Assembly (NCBI GenBank): GCA_002633005.1
Contig: NMRA01000168.1
Coordinates: 189,129-253,128 of the forward strand
DNA from: Phoronis australis
Taxonomy: Eukaryota > Animalia > Phoronida
Reading direction: 5' to 3'
DNA length: 64,000 nucleotides
Positions 1 to 12,591 of the stretch are shown one piece after another (position 1 is the stretch's first letter; each line of letters begins with the position of its first letter). Both the position numbers and the translations under genes were made by a program. Under the pieces are notes generated by a model. The model did no database searches. It was not told the origin of the DNA and was given only the letters and a program-made list of their open reading frames with translations.

Positions 1-100
1 AACTCATCCTGAGCACCTTGGCATGGACTCTTGTGTTTTTTATTTTACCACTGGCCAAAGATGAATGCAATGTGCCGAATTTGGTTTGTTTTCTTTTCAG

Positions 101-213
101 AGAAATATTCCCCTACTTGGTAGTTGTTGTTGGAATGGAGAATGTGATTGTACTCACCAAGTCAGTCGTCTCAACACCCCTCCATTATGATGTAAAGATT
201 CGCGTGGCACAAG
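101..213 (+). CDS. SCAP: SCAP exon (sterol-sensing domain; upstream exons lie outside the window)
   Basis: ttttcag acceptor; translates [38 protein letters not shown], matching SCAP SSD; donor G|gtgggg. Confidence 0.95.
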
Positions 214-442
214 GTGGGGTTCAATTTCTAAATATAGTTTGGTGTGATGTATCATCATGCTATTGGCAGATGCTGAGCTTTCACAGCACTTGTCTTATTC
301 ATATGTCCATTCCAGTTATACTGTTACTTGTGCAATGTTGTTTACCAGAATCATCGTACACACTTCCATTGAAATACAAGTTATGTTACGCTTGTCTTCT
401 GGTCATTGCACTGTTGTTGTTGGAATAAGCCACTGAAATCTG

Positions 443-544
443 TATTGGAATTCTGTAATAACTACCTTGTGTTAGGATAAAACACGCAACGGTTATTGGA
501 ATTCTGTAATAACTACCTTGTGTTAGGATAAAACACACAACGGT
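443..544. repeat. 51-bp tandem duplication x2
   Basis: tattggaattctgtaataactaccttgtgttaggataaaacac(g/a)caacggt twice. Confidence 0.95.
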
Positions 545-843
545 TTTAAAACGAGACTGATACATTTGCATCTTTGAACAACCGTCTGTTGTTTAACAAC
601 TTGTATGTGAATTTGAAGAGCTTACTTGTACAATTATAGTTCAAAATGCATGCTGTCTGATGATCAATAAACTTGACTCACTGAAAAACTGGTACACATA
701 TACGTCACATCATTGCAAGTCAAAACAGGAGAACTTGTCACTGAATGTTTAACTTTAAAAAATCATTATAAAAATTCTTCTGGTGATTACAAACTGAAAT
801 GACAATGACACACCTTTGTTAATTAACCATCAATTGTTTATAG

Positions 844-938
844 GTCTGAGTAAAGAAGGCTGGTCCATCACAAAGAACTTACTGACCGAGTTAGCCATCT
901 TGTTTGTGGGCTTCTTCACCTTTGTACCTGCCATTCAG
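844..938 (+). CDS. SCAP: SCAP exon (SSD)
   Basis: tag acceptor; GLSKEGWSITKNLLTELAILFVGFFTFVPAIQ; donor gtaagt; phase fits previous exon. Confidence 0.95.
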
Positions 939-1551
939 GTAAGTCGTACTAAAACTACAGGGGATCAGCTAAGGAGAAGTTCTTCTAGCCACGCACTTGT
1001 TGGGTTCAAAAATAAACATTTCCCTTGCCTGCTCATTACAAATGGGATAAACGCATAAAAATTACTATTACTCTGTGCACCTTAAAGTAACTTAATTTCC
1101 ATTATGATATTTGATAAAAGATTCTGTATTGCTTTTGTTTTCGCTAAGCATGATGTCTTCTGTAAGCTATTCATTGTCTTGATAATGTTTTGTCAAGCAT
1201 TAGTTGAGAATGTTAAAAGTCAATCTTTGTCTGTATCTCTGTAGTAAAGTAAGAAACCACATAGAACATGCAATTAAATGAGGATTATTTTTATGTTTGA
1301 AGTTTATAAACTTGTAAGTCAACCTAACATCTCAGTTGTGAATAATGTATATTGTGTCTCCAAAAAGAGACCCACATTGTGTGTTGCTAACTAATGTGCA
1401 TAACACTTATTTATATGTTATAGGTAGAGCTGATGCTCTTGTGTACAAATAAACCATTTCATTATTTCATTAAGTTTATTATACAATGAAATGGGCATTG
1501 AATTCTTAGTCATTGGGTTGCATATAAATATTGTATTCTCAATTTTTGTAG

Positions 1552-1650
1552 GAATTCTGCCTGTTTGCCTTTGTTGGGGTCTTAACAGATTTCTTTCTTC
1601 AAATGGTGTTCTTTGCAACAACACTATCCATTGATATCCGGCGCATGGAG
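1552..1650 (+). CDS. SCAP: SCAP exon (TM6, end of SSD)
   Basis: [33 protein letters not shown]; tttgtag acceptor, gtaaaa donor; absent from ORF track. Confidence 0.95.
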
Positions 1651-2084
1651 GTAAAAGTATTGTTTTCATGATTGTCCAGACCTGTAGATTTCATAACATA
1701 AAAGATCCGTTTTTAGCATTTACTGTATTGAAACATAGGTCATTCAGATTTGAAAGGGATGTGCTTTTGAAAGTATTGTAAAGTGATTACTCTCTTCTAA
1801 GCTGCTGCCAGCTAAGTAGTCACAAATGATCTAAATTTATCACCAATGGGCTAAGTCCCATTTAAAATGGTCTTGACTAAATTTCTTTATCATCATTTTT
1901 GTTTCTGTATAATAATGTGCATACATTCGCCAATTGATCAATTAGTTAATCATCAATCGCCTGCTATTTCAAAAGCTCACTGATTGTTTTTAATGAGTGT
2001 GCATACGCTCACATTCAGGTAAGTTTCAACAGAGGCACAGCATCACATACAGGCAGGTGACCCTGAGTGTCTTTCTTCTTACAG

Positions 2085-2196
2085 CTGTCTGACCTTCAGA
2101 AGACCAATATTATGGAGGGTGTACAAGAAGATGACATCAACACTAACCTGCCTCTAACACCACCCAGTTACTGCCCAGTACTGGCCAGAATGACCG
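2085..2196 (+). CDS. SCAP: SCAP exon (loop 6, completes MELSDL)
   Basis: ttacag acceptor; LSDLQKTNIMEG...ARMT; donor gtaagc. Confidence 0.9.
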
Positions 2197-3192
2197 GTAA
2201 GCTGTCACTGGACGCTGTCCAGTCTTTTATTTGTACGAGTTACTCGAATGTTTTTTGCCACCTCCTTAAACAAGAAACATCAAATATTTGAATTGGAACC
2301 TTGGATTTCCATTATATCTCCTTTGAACTACTGATTGTTTTTTTCTCTGGTGGTATGAACATTGCGTAAAGTTAAAGCGGTAATGGTGTGATATAACGTG
2401 CCCAAATTTTGAGAACTAGTTTTCTCCACAGAATAACGGGCATCAAACTGCCGTTAAAGCTGCATTTCATCCTGTTTAACCAGTTAAAAAGGAAATCTAA
2501 TTAAGCCTTGTACTCTCATGAATTGTGTCTCATAATATTACTTACCATGATGAGATTCCATGTCTGTTATCAACAAGAACTTTGAAACCATAAGCGGCTC
2601 AAGGAAACACTTCAGACTTGTATTGGTGTTGAGTGGCCAACCTTAAACTGCATGTCACTTGAACTGGTAACAGAAATAGAATCCTGTCACAGTAAGAAGT
2701 ATTATATTAAGGTCAATTTTGAGAGTAGAAGGTCTAGTTAGATTTTCGTTTTTAGACACCTAAACAGCGCGGAATAGAGCTTTAATTAATGTTGTTTATG
2801 TTTCTGTAGAAATGTTTGTGTGTTTGTGTGTGAGGAGGAAATTCTGTTTGCATGTGTAAAGTTGGTATTTAGTTTATCCTCTGACGTTATTCAGTAAATT
2901 GGTGATTTCTGTTTGCATATCTTGACCAAAGTTATTAAACATAATGTTGCTGTGAACATTGGAGCTCTTCAAATACTATGTGCTTGTATTTGGTGGAATG
3001 CCTTCATTGTAGCTTTTCAGTCAGTTACTACTTGTTTGACCTCCATATTTTGTTGAAGTGCAAGTCTTAAGGGCCTCAAACACACAAATAAATTGAATAA
3101 TCTTCATTAAGTGGTGCTTCACCAGCTTGATGTATAACCCTTTACATTGTTGTGCAATACTCACGGTCAGCATACTCCCATATCTCTTGCAG

Positions 3193-3416
3193 GGGGTCCC
3201 CCAGCTTCGGCCATGCTTCACAAGGTTCCGTCAACTGCCCAACTACCAACTACTCCTCTCACTAGCCACGCACTGACACCTTCTTCACCACCGCCATCAC
3301 CAGCCAACATGTTGAATAGTGAGGAAGCGTTCCACTCGCCGTACATCGTCAAGACACGTCGCCTCAAGATGATGTACTTCTGGGCACGCACCCGCGTTGT
3401 TCAGAGAATGATTATG
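3193..3416 (+). CDS. SCAP: SCAP exon (loop 6 to TM7)
   Basis: ttgcag acceptor; ends KTRRLKMMYFWARTRVVQRMIM, similar to vertebrate RLRVVYFLARTRLAQRLIM; donor gtacat. Confidence 0.92.
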
Positions 3417-4530
3417 GTACATAGTGAACGTTTTTTGTTTTTGTTTTTTTGAATACTTTGCCTGTTATATCCCTGCTGTTACTGCTGGAAAACTTGGAAC
3501 ATGACAAAAATGTAGAAAACTGATGGGAATTGAAATGAGGGAAAAAATTGCCAGGGAAACTTTAAATGGAAAGAATAAGGGTGAAAATGCATGACCGTTT
3601 ATGGAAAATGAATTATGGGTAAAATTGTGTGGAATATTCCTCAAACACAGCCTTCCATCACAAAGACCCATTTTTGATATAGAAGCCTTACCATTATGAA
3701 CTTTCTCTCAAAGTGTTCCATTGGTGATGATTTGATCACCTCTTAAGTACTAAATCATTTAGTGTCAGTTCTTTGTAAGCCCTGAAATCACTTCCCATTT
3801 GAGTAATGAACAAGGTGAGACCAATTTTGTAGTGGTTAGTGGTCCAAATCCAAAGTTTGCTTTGTGGACCAAATTCTGTTCATTTTCACTGAATCGTTCA
3901 GGTATGTTCCGCGGCAGTCTTTAGTAGCAAAAATTTCTAGGACTTGTCTAGTCTTTGTGGCAACAATAAATTGTAGAAATGAAAATTGCATCCTAAAAGT
4001 CTTGAGAAAACAAGTGTGAGCCGTGAACCATGTTGTAGAGTCAATGCGTTGGCTGTTTCAAAATGTCATTGTTTGCTAAAATTAATCAATTAATTGCAGC
4101 ACCTTGGTTTGTATATAAATTGATGTAACTTTTGAAACGCGTCTTTACAAAGTGCCTTTTTAAAACCAAACTTTTCCATGAGACTAATCTTGAAGTGACT
4201 GTAATTATTAATTCTTTGTTTACTTGGTGCATCTGGGCAAGTGAAGATGGGCCCTCAGGCTTGCCAAGTTTGAGCTGTGTGTTCAGTAGTACTTGCATAT
4301 GTCAGATTCAACCAAAAACAAAAATTTTTCATTGACACTGAACTTGCATTGATTGAATTCTTAAGTTTATGCAGTAAAAAGTGAAGTAATCACTCAATGT
4401 ACAAAGGAAAACCAGGTTGAAAAAGAGTCAGAGTGTGTCAGTTGAGTTGATTCTGTTCTGTGGCACGTAATTCATTATGCTTGAATAATCCTCAATGGCA
4501 AGTTTAACCAAGCTAAAAAGTACCCAACAC

Positions 4531-4660
4531 TATTCAGGCTTGGTAAATATAATTCAAACTTGTGCAATATCAGTCAAGCTTGCTCAATATAATTCAAGCT
4601 TTCTCAGTATAATTCAGGCTTGCTCGATATAATTTAAGTTTGTTCAATATTATTCAAGTT
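4531..4660. repeat. ~20-bp degenerate minisatellite
   Basis: aattcaagcttgctcaatat-like unit, about 6 copies. Confidence 0.8.
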
Positions 4661-5170
4661 TTTTAGGCTTACCTTATTCGTGGTTCTACGGTTATCTTGT
4701 AAAACCTTATTAGCAATGTGGCAGATCTGCATATTTTAGCACACTGAGTGTACTGTACAAGCTACATTATCACAGGCCATGGAATATGTTTATTTTGGTC
4801 ATCAGTTGGCAAGGAAACAAGTTTTTCTTGCCGACGCAGTTTGCTAAAGATAGCCATTGTGAATTATATTTCCTGATCAGCAATCTTATTCAGTCTTGCA
4901 AAGCAGTGGCTAACAAGAGGTAAGGTTTTACCAGTTTGGAATTCTATGATGAAATTGGTGACTGGCTCAATAACCTTTTCAACATTTTTTGACAAGACTG
5001 ATTTACCTTACTCCTGAAGCTAAACGAGCAATGGTTAGCAAGGGAGCAAGAAAATTCAAGCTTTGAGAAAAATGTTCAATGAGGTGACGTAGTATCAAGC
5101 TTGTTCATATTTGGTCAGACTCGACCAAGTGCCTACAGTTACATGTGTTAATCATTTATTCATCCTTCAG

Positions 5171-5309
5171 GTGTGCACTGTCATTTGGATCCTGCTCATT
5201 GTGTACAAGGCCGGCCTGCTTCATCACCTGGCCAGGAGGGTGCAGGCCTCCATGTATATTGACACACTGTTTCCTAAACAAGCTGGCACCACTAAGGCTG
5301 ATACATTAG
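5171..5309 (+). CDS. SCAP: SCAP exon (TM7, start of loop 7)
   Basis: ccttcag acceptor; VCTVIWILLIVYKAG...; donor G|gtagga. Confidence 0.88.
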
Positions 5310-5980
5310 GTAGGAGGCTATCATTATAGATTTGTCAGAATTGAGAACTATGTTCACTTCAAGTAGCTTCTTGAATAAGAAGGTGTAAGGAATTTAAGAT
5401 TACCATAAAATCTCATATACATTGCAGGACGAAAGAAAATGGCAAATACGATTTCCACTTCACGACAAAATTATCAACAAATAACTTCACTAGAAGGTGG
5501 AAAGAAACAACCGACGCCAAACAATAAATAATTTGGAACCAATCAGTCGAACAAACCTTGGTTTCTTTCAACGAACGTCAAAAATGTGCCGTACACTAGC
5601 ACTCTTATATTTTTCATAGTAAAATTTTCGGCATCTTACCTTTGTAAATGATGTAATGTATGAGTGTATAAAATAAAAGAATTGGCAAGGACATGAAAAT
5701 ATTGATCTAGTTTTATTTCGTTTGGACACACACTTGGCTATGAGATGTAAATCAATATATTACCTGTGGCGAAATATCAATCTCAAATTTTCTGTCAAAG
5801 AAACATCGCAGGCACTTTGGGTTAATCATTTGAAAATTGCCAGCACCCTAGCACATTAAGTTAACATAGAGCTAGTATCAGTCATTTCTCTTTCGCGCAC
5901 GCCACATGTTCATGAATTCCTGTTACTCATTTAAGTTAATGCAGCATTCGAATTAATCTAATTTGATTGTCTTTATTTAG

Positions 5981-6101
5981 GTGACATGAACTCTGAAGTG
6001 TCGTCTCTGCTGTATCATACTGATGGGGAACCGTGGCGCAAGCTTTCTTACAAACATTGGCCAACACTGTTGAGTTACTATAACATTAGTGTTTTGGGAC
6101 G
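5981..6101 (+). CDS. SCAP: SCAP exon (luminal loop 7)
   Basis: tttag acceptor; [23 protein letters not shown], conserved SCAP loop-7 motif with N-glycosylation sequon; donor gtgagt. Confidence 0.95.
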
Positions 6102-6436
6102 GTGAGTCATTTAACTGCCACTTCACAGTCAAGTTTTCAAATAAATAATACAGTCGAACAACACTACCGTACAAATGCCCAGTTTGCTCCCACCTGCAGC
6201 AAACTCCAGTTACAATGGGTGTTTTAGCTAAGTCCCCAACAGATTCTCATTCTGTGACGCTTCAAGTGAAAGGAATAACGTGGATATTGTAAATTTTATG
6301 TTGACAAAATAAATTCAATCAGTCACTAGGTGATGATGTAGTATCCTGGGAATCACTCGTTGCTGTAGACAAGATATTGTGCGATTCATTTCTTCAGTTA
6401 AGAGCTTTTGATTGCTCTACTTATTTGATCCCTTTA

Positions 6437-6803
6437 TTTCGCATTGTTGTATACATCAATATTTGTAATGAGGTGATTGTTGTTTTTTGAACCCATATTT
6501 CATGCACCTTTTCATTGCTGCCACATTTCACTGACATTGTCATTTGTCAGTGTGTCTACTTTTGCTGGAAGACAACTTTTTGTTGATTTAGTACCTCTGC
6601 TAGGTTCCTTTGTAAGCCACAATTATTGTTTTGACGTCATTCGTAAACCGCTTTCTTTGTTATGGGCTACTTTGTTAATAATCAAGCCATGATTAATGAT
6701 CACTGCTTTAATTTCCTATCCAGATATATCAGCATTCTCCCTACTATTCACCTGTCCACCGTGGTCAGTCCCCAACAGGCCATTCAGATGAGACACCCCT
6801 CCG
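6437..6803 (+). other. Partial duplicate of the SCAP intron/exon at 7008-7374, ending at a single N (probable alternate haplotype in assembly)
   Basis: Offset 571 bp; about 6 substitutions seen in the intronic part; truncated at n 6804. Confidence 0.8.
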
Positions 6804-6804
6804 N

Positions 6805-7010
6805 AAGCAACTGGTGTATAGGATGTGCTTGTATTATGAAGATTACTCACATTTTGCCCCTAGCCTATTGAGGAGACAATGACCATGCCTTTCCATTTTG
6901 CAAAGTATGCCCTCTACTGGCCACTTTATGGTACCAATAAACAACCCTAGAAGGATACCGTATGCGGTGCAATTGTGGGCGCATTTCAACGCTCCGCGTT
7001 GCTCTTGTTT
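6805..7010 (+). mobile_element. 3' end of a Helentron/HINE-like non-autonomous element
   Basis: Stem-loop caacgc-tcc-gcgttg followed by ctcttgttt at a T-run junction; missing upstream of the other copy. Confidence 0.45.
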
Positions 7011-7294
7011 CGCATTGTTGTATACATCAATATTTGTAATGAGGTGATTGTTGTTTTTTGAACCGATATTTCATGCACATTTTCATTGCTGCCACATTTC
7101 ACTGACATTGTCATTTGTCAGTGTGTGTACTTTTGCTGGAAGACAACTTTTTGTTGATTTAGTACCTCTGCTAGGTTCCCTTGTAAGCCACAATTATTAT
7201 TTTGACGTCATTCGTAAACCGCTTTCTTTGTTATGGGCTACTTTGTTAATAATCAAGCCATGATTAATGATCACTGCTATAATTTCCTATCCAG

Positions 7295-7700
7295 ATATAT
7301 CAGCATTCTCCCTACTATTCACCTGTCCACCGTGGTCAGTCCCCAACAGGCCATTCAGATGAGACACCCCTCCGAGCAGGCAGCCTATCGCGACCCAGAC
7401 GACCCAGAGTTTGCCAGTTCTTTCCAAGACGGTGTGAAATCCCACCCGGACAAAGTTCCCCGACCATCGAGTGATCTCTCTCCTCCGTCCAGTTTTGAGC
7501 TGTTCATCTCGGTGGTGCTGGGTGTACTGTCCACTGTGGTTATAATCTATTTTATGATGGCACTGTATCGCTGCATGTGCTCAAGAAGTTACGCTAAGTG
7601 GCGTTCGTCTTGGTACAAAGGTGGTAAGAAGACCAAGGTGTCACAGTACGTGAAGCAGATCAAGGAGTCCGTGCCGTTGTTGTTGAAGGGACATGCACAG
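7295..7700 (+). CDS. SCAP: SCAP exon (loop 7, TM8, start of WD region)
   Basis: RYISILPTIHL...TM8 ISVVLGVLSTVVIIYFMMALYRCMCSRSY...VPLLLKGHAQ; cag/gtagac sites. Confidence 0.95.
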
Positions 7701-8106
7701 GTAGACACTGTGTTTTGTTGTATTGTATTGCTCATAAATAGGGATCACCTTGTCACCATTATTTGCTAAGAACACGCTGAGATCCCATGTAAATCCATGA
7801 TGAAGTAAAAAATGTTCACATAAAAATCAATCGCAGTTACCAGACAATTGCAGCATAAGATTTTTGGTTCTAGTTAAATCGTGTGGGTGACCGCCAGATG
7901 GAAGGGGACTGGGTAGAGTAATATGTAGCAAATCTGTTTCAGTGTACCTATTTATTTAGTGCAATTTATCTAAACGATTCCTTCTTTAGTAAAGCCAAAT
8001 ATCGTTTTTTACTGGGATTAAAACTGCATAAAGTCATTTGAAATTCTCTGAAAACAATTGTTTTAAAACATATTAGTCATTTTTCTTGTTGCTGACTTTG
8101 TTTCAG

Positions 8107-8222
8107 GAGCTTGAGTGCGTTGTTACTGAGGGTCAGATGGTCATCAGCTCATGCCTTGGTGGTCAAATACGAGTCTGGGACTCTAACACTGGAGAGTGTC
8201 TGACTGAAATCTACAGAAAATG
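8107..8222 (+). CDS. SCAP: SCAP exon (WD40)
   Basis: ELECVVTEGQMVISSCLGGQIRVWDSNTGECL; tttcag/gtaagt. Confidence 0.95.
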
Positions 8223-10198
8223 GTAAGTTGAGCGGATGAGGACAAGTTTTATTGGGATCAGAGGAATGACTTCTTGTGTTCTGTAGGTAGGAAAGTGGTA
8301 TGGATAAGGATCTGAAAGGTCTGTGAACCTGGAAATTTATGACAGATCTACAATGTGGTATTCGGTGTAGCTGGGAAATAACTAGGGGTATATCATTCAC
8401 ATCAGTGAGGATAATTTCTGGTGAGAAAAATTTACACTTAGGTAAGGTTATGTTCAATCTCGGCCAGTCTGTGCATTTAGTCGATTGTGTTCAAAACAAT
8501 TGGTCATGGAACCATGTCTTTTTAGTGAAATTTTGCAAAAAAAGAAATGTACATTCATTGCGAGAAAATGGTATCAAGAATGTGACTGATATTATAATCA
8601 TCTTGGGTAGGAAACAGCTATGTTTGAGGCTGGGATTCCAACATGTGGAGTTTCTGACTAAAATTTGTGATATTGTAATCACTGCAGACATGGAGTAGCT
8701 GTATATGTTGGTCTGGGTTACCAAAAGAAGAGAATGCCTGACTAGGATGCATGCAGTTGATGATCACTGTCCTTGTTTTTGCATGTATTGTGGTCGATGT
8801 GCTTGTATCCAAAATAATCCAATTTCTTCAAAAATTTTGCTCAAGTGTTTCACATATAGTACACGTGCCTAGGTCTCACTTACAGATTCTGGTACTTTGT
8901 TTTTACTTGCCTTAAATCGAGTGTTTTTGTTTCATCATTTTTCCATTTTTGAAGCCACTGTTTGCCATGTTCAGGACTTGGAGTCTTTTTCTCAAAATGG
9001 AACTCAACATTATTTTCTCCTCGACTTTTGTACGAGCTCACGATAAGTGTCTATTATTCTGTGATCGAGTGCATTTATTGGAATATGTGAATAACCATCT
9101 AATCTTTGTTTGCGCTTGGTGACCTCAGCATTCAGGGTAAAAGCTCGAGTCTGAACTCGACCTTTCGAGTTTTTACTCGAAATCCTGAGTTTTCTCGAGT
9201 TGGTAGCTCGAATCTGAGGGTCATCGAGTGTGAACTTAGTATTAGAGGCTTGTATGCATAAACCATAATGTAATCGAGCACAGAATAATACACACTTATC
9301 TTGAGTCGCACAAAAGTAAAGTGGAAGTGCCAAAAATAATTTCAAGTTCAATTTCGATTACAAAAATTAGATCCCGTCCCCTGTTGTTACAAACATCAAC
9401 ATTCTTTATAGGAATTGTTTGCTGTACTGCATTGTTTTTCTTTGTTTGAATTTTGATATGTAAATGCAATAAAGTGTTTGGAGTTTCCCTGCTGCAGCAA
9501 GTGGATTCCTTGTGACATGGTGACAAAACATGCTTGCCTGAAATTCTGTGACATTTTGAGAATTCTGTCATACATGTATTGTCATCTGCTGAGCCAAGTA
9601 TGCTGTCAGTGTTTTGTTGGGTTTAGTTTTTTATATTGCATCAAGTGGTGGTTCTTTTTTCACAAATTGGGAAATTATGGAATTATTATCACTGACAAAT
9701 ATTGTGTGACAAAGGCAAAGTTGAAGTGACTTCAACATGCAAATAACACCTGCTGTGGCAATTGAGACTCCCATAAGACACTTTGAGATGTGACTTGCCA
9801 TTCTCTGCTGGCGGCCTTACTGCCTTGACAACTGAAACTAACCTGTTGTGACAATCAACTTTTTGGGTCTGGTCTGAGGGAATAACAACCCATCAGTTCT
9901 TTTTCAGACCAGAAATTGTTTCTAATATGAGTAGAGAACATATAGAAAAAAATCAAATTTAGTCCATGTCAATTTGAGTGCACAGTCATCGACATCTATA
10001 ACAGATATGTCAAGCTTTACATGAAATTTTAAGAATTTTGTCTTGGTTTTCGCTCACATGTTTCACATATAAATCGAGTGCTTAATTGCGGGTGTAGGCG
10101 TAGCTTCACATATAGGTGCATGGACCTAAATACGCACATATACGGTAGACACTTTGGTGTCATTATGAGTTAGTGCTGTTGTCATTTTTTGTCTACAG

Positions 10199-10653
10199 TG
10201 CCACACCTCCTGGCCACCGAATACCTTGTCTGGGTCGGAACATCAATGACAGTGATGCCGACCTGTATGCAGAATATCACGAGATGGATGCCTATCTGAG
10301 CAAGAAGGATCAATTAAATTCCATCTTCACATCACCTTCACAAGGTCAAAATCTCAATGGCAGCTCGATTTATCAAAGGCGAAAGCATCGTTTTGCTGAC
10401 GTCCCAGATCTGTCATTTACCATAGACACTAACTTCGTTACCAAAAAAACAAACTCAGGAACTGTTACCAAGGAGACTAAACCAAAAACTGATGCCAGTG
10501 TTTCGTCTGATAAAGCCTACGATTTTGCGTCAAAGTTTGAACCTTTATATGCCGAACACCGACAGTTGTTAGAGGAAGCGGAAGCCTATGAGAGAAGGAA
10601 AGCTTTAATGTTTACTGATGCAGCTAGAGAGAAGCTGCAAGAACAAGGAGCAG
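10199..10653 (+). CDS. SCAP: SCAP exon (low-conservation insert in WD region)
   Basis: Open frame containing PDLSFTIDTNF (SCAP PDLxxxIDTNF motif) and YDF; ctacag/gtgagc; phases fit. Confidence 0.9.
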
Positions 10654-11100
10654 GTGAGCAATTGGACATCTTGCTGTTTATATAGACAGTGTGTCATCAG
10701 TTGGTACCTGTGGGCAATAGTCAGTGCAGTAAAGAGATTTTTTTTTACAATTTAAGCTGAAATTTAAAACACGTCATGAGTATTACTTTACTTACCGCTT
10801 GTATAAGAAGTACTGATATTAGTTTTATGCCTGCAAAATTAAACATATTTTTTGTTACATTGTATTCACTGGAGCTCCAGTAAGGTTTTGTGTTTAGTGG
10901 TCAACTTACTGCTCGTGAATAGAGGTAATCTGCGATGATGTTTCAATGGTATTAAAACTGACTTAGTTGAGGAACTTGGTTGTCTTACAATGGGACCTCC
11001 ATTAGTGATGCTATATTTCTGATCTCTACAACAGCAAATCCATTCATCCCCTCTGGATTGTGGTTGTCAAATGATGATGCTTCATTTATAATTTTAAAAG

Positions 11101-11231
11101 GAGATAGCACTGGTGTGCCTCACGACCAATTATATGAGGGACATTTCACCAAAGACAACACTCCTGCCATCTGGTGTTTGACATCCTACAATGGTCTCAT
11201 AATGGCTGGTTGTGGCAATGGTAGAATTGAG
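11101..11231 (+). CDS. SCAP: SCAP exon (WD40); alternative in-frame acceptor possible at 11035
   Basis: PAIWCLTSYNGLIMAGCGNGRIE; donor gtactt; 5' boundary uncertain. Confidence 0.8.
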
Positions 11232-11589
11232 GTACTTCATTGTTATTGTATACCACAGTTACATGTCAATAGTTTTAAAGTATGTGGAGTAGAAGCTTGA
11301 TTTCCATTATTTACTTACTTCAGATGATCTGCCTGTAACTAATTTTATGTACTGAGCAATTTGTTTGTTCCACAATCATTGTGATTTTTTAACACTGCGC
11401 AATCTGCATTGGTTGGGTTCTGGTCAGTGTTCTCGATCATCTTCATACACTTAAAGAATTCAGAGACATATGAACGGTGGTAATATTTTGTCATTTTTAA
11501 TGTTAAATGTCCTGTTCTCCGTCTACATTGCCATTTGTTGAGAAACTTGTGCTAGACTTAGTGAACCTAATAATTTGTTTTTTACATAG

Positions 11590-11681
11590 TTTTGGGATTC
11601 TCAGACGGGTGCTCTAAAGTGTCTGAACGAAGAAGGCAAAATTGGTATCACACATGTTTGCTTTCATCCTGGGAAGAACAG
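11590..11681 (+). CDS. SCAP: SCAP exon (WD40)
   Basis: FWDSQTGALKCLNEEGKIGITHVCF; catag/gtaaat. Confidence 0.92.
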
Positions 11682-12005
11682 GTAAATTCCTTTACATTTC
11701 AACCTTTTGCAGTTTGACTCCTAGTAAAAATTGACATTCTTATGCTTTGTATTGGTCTGTGTTGCGTTCTCAGTATTGATTGGGTATCACCTGATCTACT
11801 CTGTGTAGACATAGTTGAGTACTGTGTTTAGTAATTGGGAAAGTAATTTTTGTTTGGTATTGAGAAAAATGCACCAGAAGAGCTCTGCGTAAGAATGAAT
11901 GTAAGGTTCCCCCTCTGTAATTTTTCTTTGTTTTAGGAAATATTGCTCTGCGAAAGTGATAATCCCCTCAGATATTTTTTTCTCATAACTGTGTAATTGT
12001 TTCAG

Positions 12006-12100
12006 GGTTCTAGTTGCTCGTTTAGACGGAAAGTTGGATTTCTTTGAACTGGAGACATTCATCAGCCAAAGCACATCCATAGCATCAACTGCTGGTAGAG
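12006..12100 (+). CDS. SCAP: SCAP exon (WD40)
   Basis: RVLVARLDGKLDFFELET; ttcag/gtaaca. Confidence 0.93.
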
Positions 12101-12409
12101 GTAACAAGCTCATTTTAAAACTGAAACTCAAATTAATAACTTCTGCACACTACTATTTCATCTGCTGTAACATGCAAATCTGAGAATACCTTTCAAGCTT
12201 ATCAATGGTACTCCCAATTCAATTTCCTCAACTTCATTTCCAACATTGCTAAAACTGTGTATAAAATTTTATGAAAATGTGGATAAATGTTTTCCTGACT
12301 CCCAGTGTTAGGTATTTGTACTAGTGTGGTTTTGAGATCCTGGACTATCGTCGGCAAATCTTGAAGGCAAATTGCTGTAATTAACAAAGTTTAACATTTT
12401 GTTTTATAG

Positions 12410-12591
12410 GATGTCTTGTAAAAAGTCCACACGCTCGTCTACCCAGTGGTGGAGCTGGTGACTTGTTGCAGTGGCAGGAAGTTATTCACTGCAAGAATAT
12501 TTACAGTATCGCTGCTCACCAACAGCCTGTAAATGCCCTGGTGAAGGAGGGTGTAAGGGCTGTCACAGCTAGTCAAGATCACACTCTGAAG
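12410..12591 (+). CDS. SCAP: SCAP exon (WD40)
   Basis: AHQQPVNALVKEGVRAVTASQDHTLK; tatag/gtaacc. Confidence 0.93.

Noticed and set aside
6724-6803. Duplicated SCAP exon as a real alternative exon
   Set aside because: Truncated at an N with no donor; allelic-level divergence points to an assembly artefact.
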